DNA of 63,690 bases, counting the filler, from Nemertoderma westbladi (Eukaryota; Animalia; Xenacoelomorpha), in NCBI GenBank assembly GCA_032718475.1. It is 3 parts of 3 records of this genome, joined end to end, with 100 filler letters (N's around TTAATTAATTAA, not from the genome) between each part and the next. Parts side by side here need not be neighbours in the genome. Positions count along the whole stretch, not along the records: positions 46,097 to 63,690 come from JAUCBJ010008520.1; 2 more parts are not named here. One strand, written 5' to 3'. Shown one piece after another: positions 55,320 through 63,690 of the stretch (the stretch's first letter is position 1; each line of letters starts with the position of its first letter). Position numbers and translations under genes: made by a program. The notes beneath the pieces are model-generated. The model was not told where the DNA came from. It made no database searches and saw only the letters and a list, made by a program, of their open reading frames with translations.

Positions 55320-57476
55320 TCAGACCTTTTGGAAGTTGTTAAAGTCCGCTGCTGGAAATACAAGTAACAACACATCAGGTATTTGTCTGGACAAATTAGA
55401 AAACCATTTTCGCAAACTAAATAATACAAGTGAGTTTGAGTTCACGGATATTGGGTACATCCCGCCTGAAAATTCGAATGTAAATCTCAGCAGAGAAATA
55501 TTCGAAAATTTCCTAAGCGAACCGTTTTGTGAGGCTGAGATGAATAATGCTATCAATAGATTAAAACGCGGTAAAGCGGCGGGGCCTGATGAACTCGACA
55601 CAAATATTTTTATTTTGGGCTGTGAACATTTGTCTCCAATAATTACTGCGCTTTTTAACGCTGTGTTATATTCTGGAATTTTTCCCTCACAATGGGCACT
55701 TGCGGACTTAATTCCAATTTATAAAAACAAAGGCAATCGTGCTGACGCAAATTACTATCGGGGAATCTCTTTACTTAGCGTTTTAGGAAAGTTGTTTACA
55801 GCGGCTATAAACGCACGCTTACAGTGGTGGGAGGATGCCTTTGGAATAATTATTGATTCCCAGGCTGGTTTTCGCCCTGGTTACAGGACGACTGACCAGT
55901 TATTTATACTTAGCAACCTGATAACGCAGTACTTAAATAAATCCAAAGGTTGTAAGTTTTATTGCGCCTTCATAGATCTGCAGAAGGCATTTGATATGAT
56001 TGATAGAAGTGCTCTATGGTTTAAACTTAATGCATTGGGATTTTCAGGGAAAGTTTATAAAATAATAAAAAGTATGTACGCCGCTGCCAAAACAAGAGTC
56101 ATCTGGGGGGACAATATGTCGGATTCCTTTAACTGTCTAGTTGGAGTCAGGCAGGGCGAATGCCTTAGCCCTTTTCTATTCGTTTTGTTCATTAACGATT
56201 TAGAAGCTGAGCTGAGCAAAGGAAATGCCACTGGTGTAGACGTTGGCTTATTTAAACTCTATCTGCTACTTTTTGCAGATGACATTGTTCTACTGGCTAA
56301 TACTGTGGCGGGGTTGCAAGCTTCACTTGATACTCTAGGTTGCTACTGTACTTTTTGGGGGCTGACTGTAAATTTGACAAAATCAAATATTGTTATATTT
56401 AGACAAGGGGGCACCCAAGCGGCACATGAAACTTGGACATATAAAGGAGTAGGTATGAAAGTTGTACCTCATTACACGTACCTTGGAATTACCTTTACTT
56501 CAACAGGAAAATTTATTAAGGCTCAAGAAATATTGACTGAGAAGGCAAACAAATCTTACTACACGCTCTGCCGCTATATGAACTCATTCCCAAACATCGG
56601 TTTTGACCTAAAACGACATCTCTTTAACAGTTTGATTAAGCCTATTTTGCTGTATGGATCTGAGGTATGGGGATTCACAAAAGGGAGGGACACAGAAAAA
56701 CTACAGCTGAAATTTCTGAAAAATGTTTTGGGTGTGAAAACTTCAACGCCAGACTTTATAGTCTATGGAGAAACCGGTGTCTTCCCGTTGACAATAGACC
56801 GAACCATTGGGATTATAAAATTCTGGTTACGATTATTGTCATTGCCATCATATAGATTAGTAAAACGGGTATATCTCATATCAGTGGAAGGGCTTAATTC
56901 TCAAAGGGTTCCAAATTGGACGTCAGGGGTTCGGGATACACTTAATAATTTGGGATTTTCTTGGGCTTGGGAAGCGCAATCAGTACCAAACGGGAGGGAG
57001 TTCCTAGCAAAGGTGAGGGATACGCTACAGAGTCAGTATATCCAAAATTGGTGGTCAACCCTAGAGAATTCCCCAAAAGGCGACTTTTATGTCAAAGATA
57101 CATTTCGAACCGAACCGAACCGTACCTTATAGTTCTTAAAAATTACCCCACTCTGAAACGTACAATAGCTAGTTTCCGATGCACTTCACATAGATTAAAA
57201 ATCGAAGAAGGACGCTGGTACAATATCCCACGGTTGAACAGGCTATGTCCAGTATGCAACTTGGGGCGTATTGAATCAGAATACCACTTCCTTCTCGAAT
57301 GCCCAATATACAGTAGCTTACGCGAACAATACCTGCCACCCCAATACAGTAGGTTCCCATCTATGTACAAATACCGTAGGATTCTACAGTACACCGATCC
57401 AACAATAGTTAAAAATCTCTCCCTGTTTTTGTACAACGCGTTTTCACTTCGCTCCACAATTTTAGGCCAAAATTAA
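55320..57476 (+). mobile_element. 5'-truncated RTE-X-like LINE: RT plus C-terminal CCHC; frameshift at a cgaac triplication (~57106-57120)
   Basis: GKAAGPD, YRGISLL, QAGFR, FIDLQKAFD, GVRQGECLSPFLF, LFADD, YLGI, LLYGSEVWG; RCTSHRL.IEEGRW...RLCPVC...ESEYHFLLECP. Confidence 0.88.
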
Positions 57477-57679
57477 CATACACTCTAGACGTAGTTACAA
57501 TTCAATTTAAGTATAACTACAGTACACTAAATACAATATGCCTTCTGAGATACACTAGTTCCTTCTCTGGTGAAGGGTTATTATTATTATACTCATCTGG
57601 TGCAATAAGTTTTGACTATGTTACAATCAACAATTGTACTTTTGTGTACATGTTGAAGTAAATATACAAATATATCATA

Positions 57680-58137
57680 CCAAGGAGTGGCTGTTGGAGG
57701 AGTTCGTGCGGACCTGGGTCAATCAGAGGGTGGCGTCTTTTGACATCGCTGTTATTAACACGCTGACGCCCCCTCTTATGCTCAAACCAATAGATCGGTT
57801 ACCTCCCTGCTTGAACAACGGGTCGCGCGTAGAAACAGCACTACAACAGCGTGTGCGAAGCGAGAAGGATGTTCTTTACACCCTTGTTGGTACCACCGAC
57901 GGCATATGGTGTAGAGAGGCGGAGATTTTTATCCGGCACCTCACGGACTCACTGGTGACTCGGAGTGAAGGAATGCGGGAACGTGGCTTTGCTGGGGTAC
58001 TTGGAGGAGTCCGTAGGAGGCTCCAATTCACCCTCTTCAGGTTCAGCTCGCTCTGCCTAAGGGGTGGTCGTCATCCATTGGTGATCTCTCGGCTTTGGCG
58101 ACGGGGCGGGTCTGCGTTGTCTCGACCTCCGGGATAA
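57680..58137 (+). mobile_element. 3' fragment of a restriction-like-endonuclease non-LTR element (CRE-like)
   Basis: ASFDIAVIN...SEK...LVGTTDG.W..EA..F...L...RRRLQFTLFR....CLRGGR resembles the CRE-type PD-(D/E)xK C-terminus. Confidence 0.55.
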
Positions 58138-58836
58138 TTATTAGATGAATGTAATTACTTTTAGCCTACTGATATTTATTTATTTATTTTGTTATATTTT
58201 ATTATATTAAATTATTATTTTACCCAATGCTGTGTAAGTTTTAAATTAATCTTAAGAACTACAAACTAGAGAGCCGCTTAACAACAATATTGGATATTGA
58301 GTTCAGTTTTGGAGTACACCTTGCAGACACTAAAGTTGCAATAATTTTTGAGTGCTGGATTTTGCTCAAATTACGTACAAATCTTTTTTTTACGTCGATG
58401 CTCTTTCAATCTATGTAATAAAATTTAAGAAATTCCACCGAAAATGTTTTACTTTACTTTTTTCTCCGGGAAATAAAGTAAAATCAATCTCTAGTTACCA
58501 ATCGGTAGGCATTAGGTCTGAGCGATTTAGGGATGCCGCCGAAACTCGAGAATGACGGATAGTTCTGAAAGAGGACACTTACCGAAAGCTATCAAAATTT
58601 ATGACAAAGTTATCAAAAGGTTCTAATAAATAATAAATTAATTATAATAAAAGTACAGTATGGGGTGAAAGATATCCATTTATTGATAGGGGGAACATTT
58701 CGCACTCTCAGCAGCCGATAGCATTCTTAAACAAAAAATATCCCTTGCGCGAAATATAATTTCACTGATACTGTACACTAAGGGCTCTCCTCTACTACTA
58801 CTACAGTTCTATGACTGAGCTGCATTCGGTTACTTA

Positions 58837-58884
58837 CCCTTCTGTGTCCCTGGGGTCACACATGACCCCAGGGACACAGAAGGG
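58837..58884. mobile_element. 48-bp perfect hairpin, piggyBac-like mini element
   Basis: 22-bp arms cccttctgtgtccctggggtca / tgaccccagggacacagaaggg, 4-nt loop; TTA left, TTAA right. Confidence 0.6.
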
Positions 58885-59149
58885 TTAATTATACCAATAA
58901 TCCCCACAGCAGAAGACTAACACAATGCGGTCCCTACACTGCTAATCAGACCGGCTACCGTTTGACCGCATGGCGGCGCATTACAGCGCATTGAGGATGG
59001 CCTATGCTATACATTACAAACTCTTATAATACTTTTAAAGCGAAATTCGATTCGGGTACTGATAACGTCGATAGTACAGTAAGACCTGTATGAGGCCTCA
59101 CCACTGATCTATCCCTTGATTCAAGTAGTCCGTATGTACTGTAGTACTG

Positions 59150-59420
59150 TAGGCCATCCTTCAGTCCAAAGATTGGCAAGAATTACCACTTGGGGACAAA
59201 AGAGACTACACAATATACCACCAAGTATGGCATTGTTATGCAAAACACGGATTAGATGCAAAGAATGTCTAGAAATATAACACAAAATAGATACTACTGT
59301 AGATACACATCGAGAAATGCATCAATGGCTACAAATGCGGATGAAAAACGACAAACTGTATTAGGAGTTGTACCAGTGGAACCAAGACATTGATGTTAAT
59401 AGACAGTGGAGCATCCTTTA
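59150..59420 (+). pseudogene. Decayed BEL/Pao gag-protease junction related to the main element
   Basis: WQELPLGDK (cf WQALPREDQ), MATNADEKRQTVLGVVPV (cf EKRGTVLLGVVPV), TLMLIDSGASF (cf TLMLVDSGAAF). Confidence 0.7.
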
Positions 59421-61675
59421 TATATTCGATCCGGCTTAACGCCCCGGCGGCTATATTGTAATAATGATTATCATAAGTAAATAACTTTACATATAACAAT
59501 TCAATCGGACAACAAACACAGATCGTATCATCAATAAAAACCCTATTGCGTTAACAGATAAATAAAAGCAGCCGTGCAAGCATACGTGTCGGTGTCGTAC
59601 ATAGTAAGAATTTATGATCCACTCAGACTTGCGCCACATTTAATCGTCAATGGCCAACTGCGTTACTCGATGCAAGCGGGAAACCAACCATTGGCGATCA
59701 TTTTGAGATGAAAAGAAATCACTCATTACTATTTTTGTGGACAAAATTTTAGATAGGACGTTTATCATTTGATTTGTCTGATTGACGATTGCAGGAGAGT
59801 TGAGGGTTGAACTAAAACAATCAGATATAAATAGTCGGGAGTTATGGGGAATCATACCCGATAAATGCAATCCTGTGAGAGAGCTGGAGTGGAGCCCAGT
59901 GGAAGCAGACTGTAGCGTGGTGGAATGGAATGCAGACATGGTGGAACCTGAGCCCGAAAGCAAATAAACACTATACCGTTCATGTGTGAATAAGGGATTC
60001 TCAATTCTATTGATTAGGGATATTTGACAATGTCTGTTCGAACGGAATTTGAGCATGTTTCTAGTGATTCGAACAATAACTAGAGATACTTTTTGGACAA
60101 AATTAGATATTAGCCCGTGCCATTGCGCACACCTCGAACTACCATAATTGTCTGTCAACATTAATGAGAGTTCCTGTGAGGCGAGCCACGGTGTGAGTGA
60201 GCCTTGGCGTACTGCCGTAGTGGTACCATTATTAAACCTGTCGTTCAGTTGATCTGTAGCTATTTTTTTGCAGTGTTCAATTTTGAACGTGAATAACTCT
60301 ATCAATCCTCGATGAAATGTAACCACACTTTGTAGACAAATAGTCTGTCAAAAGTTTAGAAATTTTCCAAGTAGAATTTGCGTGGGGCCTTCGTGCAGCA
60401 CCAGTGTAACTGTCTTACAGTTATAATAAATTCATTTTGTTCGCGCTTTCAGACCTTTGGCAGTTTAACCCGCCAAATTAGGATGTCTTTTAGATAATAA
60501 ATCACTTTTAGCCTATGACAAGTATTTGATTCACTACACTAGTCGAAACCAATCTGTGCGCGATCATTCACCCGCTGGATATACCCGGGAGATTGGGTTC
60601 GACGGCTTAATCTTATTGCTATGTAAGCCTAATGTATTATTCGACTGACAGTATTATATAATCTCTGACAATATTATTCACCTTCGGGGAATATTAACAG
60701 TTCCTTTAGGACGTGGCGCTCTATCTATATAAACAGAGTTATGACTTAAACTACTCACAACGATATGGCTTAGTTATAATTCACATATATGGCGCATTCT
60801 TTAGGAAATGCTTCGTTATCAGTCTCACTCATACACAATGCCTGCACAATACTGCACACTGATCTGCCGATCTTCACTGATTTTAGTTATATATAAAAGG
60901 AACACGGACCGACTCATGTAGGGTCTATCAAATAACATTAGATTCACTTCAAACCACTTTAACATAAGTCACAATCGTTATATGTAACCTTTCTCTCTTA
61001 CCTTCGGTATATCAAGAATATTGGGTTTCGGGGTTATTTATCGTTATTCCAAATATAATAATTCATCAACCATATTATGAAGAACTGACAGTAAATAGCA
61101 GTATAACAATAGAAAGACCAAACATCAGTTTGATAAATCAGTTTGGTTTGTTTTGTTATTATAACCAGTTTGATAACGGATATATGTCCTTATAATTAAG
61201 CCTACTAGTGTTAGACTAAAACAGAAAAGCACAAATATTTCCAAGCCGTTCTCTCCTGGCTCAGGACAGAAAGGCCAACAACACTGAAAACTGATAAGAA
61301 TAACCTTATTTACAAAGGCTTCCACCCAACACAGAGAAAGAGCATACAGATAGGAAAATTCAGTTCAGTAGATCTGTGATAGGTCGAAATCAAAATCAAC
61401 TCAAATCCTATTGGCAGATACTTTCCCAAGCTGGTTGGACAATCAAACGTAGCCCAGATCCCTTCGCACAGCGAATCAGCCAATCAGCCGGTAGCTTGCG
61501 CTATTCGAGTTATAGATCCCTTTTTAGAGTATTCCAGCGCCTGGGGGGAACTGGTTAGCAAGGCAAACGAATCAGTTATCCCACAAAAGCTTTTACACCG
61601 CTCCCAGAAAATGGGATTTAAGTCTATAAAATATACAAAATCACAATTTCTAATATACATAAATACTCTAAACAG

Positions 61676-63690
61676 TTAGTCTTTCTTGCGCGGACGGCGT
61701 TTACGCAGTTTTTTAAAGCTAGCAAGAGTCCTTTTCTCTTTGGGGCGAGCCACTTTACGAGGAGGGCTGTAGCTCCTAGGCGAAGGGTGCAATATAATTG
61801 CATCAGAAGGTGCAGGGTTACGATCGGTATACCCGCCGGTCGAAGTACCTGGTTGATTAATATCAACCTCAGTGGAGCGAGGTCTAACGGCCTTTAGAGC
61901 GCGTCTCAGGACAGCAGCTCCTACGGGTCCTTGACGGGTCGTCTGGACACTAGCGGTGGGTGGACCGTGAGTGGTGAGGAACTTTCTCGGTTTAATGGTT
62001 CTCTCCAGCTCGCGTTCTCGGGTTCGATATTCATATGGTCGCCGAGATATTTCCTGTAGTTCAGGATGCGAGTTCACAAAGATGTCGCCATACTCAGGGT
62101 CCTGACGGATAAAATTGATCAGGTGATATGTGGTTATATCATTAGGGTTAACGTTTCTAAGGTATTTCCTGACAAACTTGGTGGAAATACACTCACCAAC
62201 ACGCTTCATTAACTCGTAACTTGGTACGCGTGTTTTCTGTTCAATCGACGCGAATAGATAAGGATGGAACGCGTAAACTCCCTCGTAAGCTCGTCCAGGG
62301 TAATAGCGATGTCGGGATTCGCAATGTAAATCGGCGTTCGCTTCCCAAGCTCGGATGTATCGCAGGGTGATCATCTCGTCTACGCTCTCTAAATCGCGAT
62401 TAAAGGGACAATTGTAACTTTCATGTCCTTTAAGTTGACAGTAGTGACATTGAGTCATAAATTGTGGGCAGACGGCAAATATATGAGAGTTATTAAGCCG
62501 GCAATAAGCACAATATATTTCCATCATTGGTTGTTCGAGGAAATAGGAACAAGGTACGCTCGAGTCTAGAGGAGTGAAGTGGTCTCTCGATGCGCATAAT
62601 CGACAACGTTTTCGAGAAACGTAGTTGGCGTGTCGATAATCGTACGCTGTGAGACGCTGTGGACCTTGATACCACTCTATGACATAATCACTGTCACTGC
62701 TCCGGGAAGCTGTAGGTTGAATCGCTTCTGATTCCAAGCATACTGGTTCATCCTCCAGCTGTATAGACGAAGTGGGTGCGTCGGTCTCCGTAAGTGGACC
62801 CACTGTCTGTATTTCCACGACAGAATAACCTGTAGATATTCGGGGTCTTTGTATAACGGATGAATGTAGGTTCTGTATACAAACGTCTTGAAAAACGGCA
62901 AATCCAGCGCTACTCAGTTTCTCCGCAGCTGAGTCTCTCAGACTGAGTTTGGTCAGCGCGCGGTCCTTGAACTGACTATCGACGTTACGGAACGGAGTCA
63001 GAAAGCGCCGGAAACATTCGAAACGTATGAACTTATTGTGTTCGTCTAACTTGGCGAGTTTAGTTCCAAGTATTAAGGGATGAGCGCGTATGGTACGACT
63101 GCACACATCGGCTAGCCAACCGGCAAGTGCTGCGTTTTCAAAGATCGTGTATATAGCTAAGGAAGGACGAAGTGGAACACTCATAAAGCTATATACGGCA
63201 CCAGGCGCAGTTAATGGTCCATCAAAATATAAACGAGAGTAATGATCTCCATATACTTGCTGGTAATTGGTAGGATTTCCAACTTTGAAATTCCACCCAT
63301 ATTCTTGAAAGGCAAGATGTCCGATGGATGTCCGTTGTACCTTAGTAATGTCGCTGGGTGTATTGGCATACATAGTGCGAAAGAAACCTCGGCCTTCGGC
63401 CCAAGGAGCAATCAGCTGAGTATCAACGAAAGGGTATGGAATGTTTTCCATATTCCGGAAGTCGTTTTGGAGATCTCCATAAACAGCTGAGCCGATTTTT
63501 AGGATTCTTTCGTTAAACAACATTTCGAGCACAGGTTGGGGTAACATTGATCCATCGATACCCATGGCCGGTTTGCGCTCGGTGTCGGTGACGTAACGCT
63601 GCGCGAGCTCGAATTGTCCATGTCGAAGTTTCTTTTGTGTCTCCGTAAGGGTTTCAAAAGAATAATCAATCACGTCGGAACACGCTCGAG
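61676..63690 (-). CDS. Homologue of the extra exonuclease-zinc-knuckle ORF; N-terminus runs off the window
   Basis: LPQPVLEMLFNERILKIGSAVYGD, FVDTQ, YG...VYSF...YTIFEN; CRLC..RDH, CAYCRLNNSHIFAVC, CHYCQLKGHESYNC; basic tail KKLRKRRPRKKD; frame open to 63690. Confidence 0.78.
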   Translation of the reverse strand, partial: RACSDVIDYSFETLTETQKKLRHGQFELAQRYVTDTERKPAMGIDGSMLPQPVLEMLFNERILKIGSAVYGDLQNDFRNMENIPYPFVDTQLIAPWAEGRGFFRTMYANTPSDITKVQRTSIGHLAFQEYGWNFKVGNPTNYQQVYGDHYSRLYFDGPLTAPGAVYSFMSVPLRPSLAIYTIFENAALAGWLADVCSRTIRAHPLILGTKLAKLDEHNKFIRFECFRRFLTPFRNVDSQFKDRALTKLSLRDSAAEKLSSAGFAVFQDVCIQNLHSSVIQRPRISTGYSVVEIQTVGPLTETDAPTSSIQLEDEPVCLESEAIQPTASRSSDSDYVIEWYQGPQRLTAYDYRHANYVSRKRCRLCASRDHFTPLDSSVPCSYFLEQPMMEIYCAYCRLNNSHIFAVCPQFMTQCHYCQLKGHESYNCPFNRDLESVDEMITLRYIRAWEANADLHCESRHRYYPGRAYEGVYAFHPYLFASIEQKTRVPSYELMKRVGECISTKFVRKYLRNVNPNDITTYHLINFIRQDPEYGDIFVNSHPELQEISRRPYEYRTRERELERTIKPRKFLTTHGPPTASVQTTRQGPVGAAVLRRALKAVRPRSTEVDINQPGTSTGGYTDRNPAPSDAIILHPSPRSYSPPRKVARPKEKRTLASFKKLRKRRPRKKD

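Overview
AT-rich, repeat-dense eukaryotic (probably invertebrate animal) DNA. Two identical 100-bp synthetic N-linkers (25712-25811, 45997-46096) mean adjacency across them is unproven. The main feature is a full-length 14.7-kb BEL/Pao LTR retrotransposon (6673-21378) with 510-bp, almost identical LTRs. Three things about it are unusual. (i) After pol it carries an intact extra ORF (17557-20163) that is not env. It reads as a DnaQ/DEDDy (WRN/RNase D-like) 3'-5' exonuclease followed by three CCHC zinc knuckles. A diverged homologue of this ORF lies on the minus strand at the window end (61676-63690). (ii) There is no TGG-type tRNA primer-binding site. The 11 nt after the 5' LTR are instead the exact reverse complement of an LTR-internal 11-mer, as in Tf1-type self-priming, and the site recurs three times. 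(iii) It has a 16-copy hairpin array before the extra ORF, a segment before the PPT complementary to both LTR ends, and a diverged duplication of the RNase H region. Host genes: an intronless ANKRD16-like gene, a two-exon type I membrane protein (CUB domain with an ShKT-like insert), a Cu/Zn-SOD-like exon lacking metal ligands, and orphan ORFs. Also present: RTE, RTE-X and CRE-like LINE fragments, non-autonomous DNA transposons with clear TSDs, large minisatellites, and apparent TA-duplicating excision footprints. All protein assignments are by-eye motif recognition; no searches were run.
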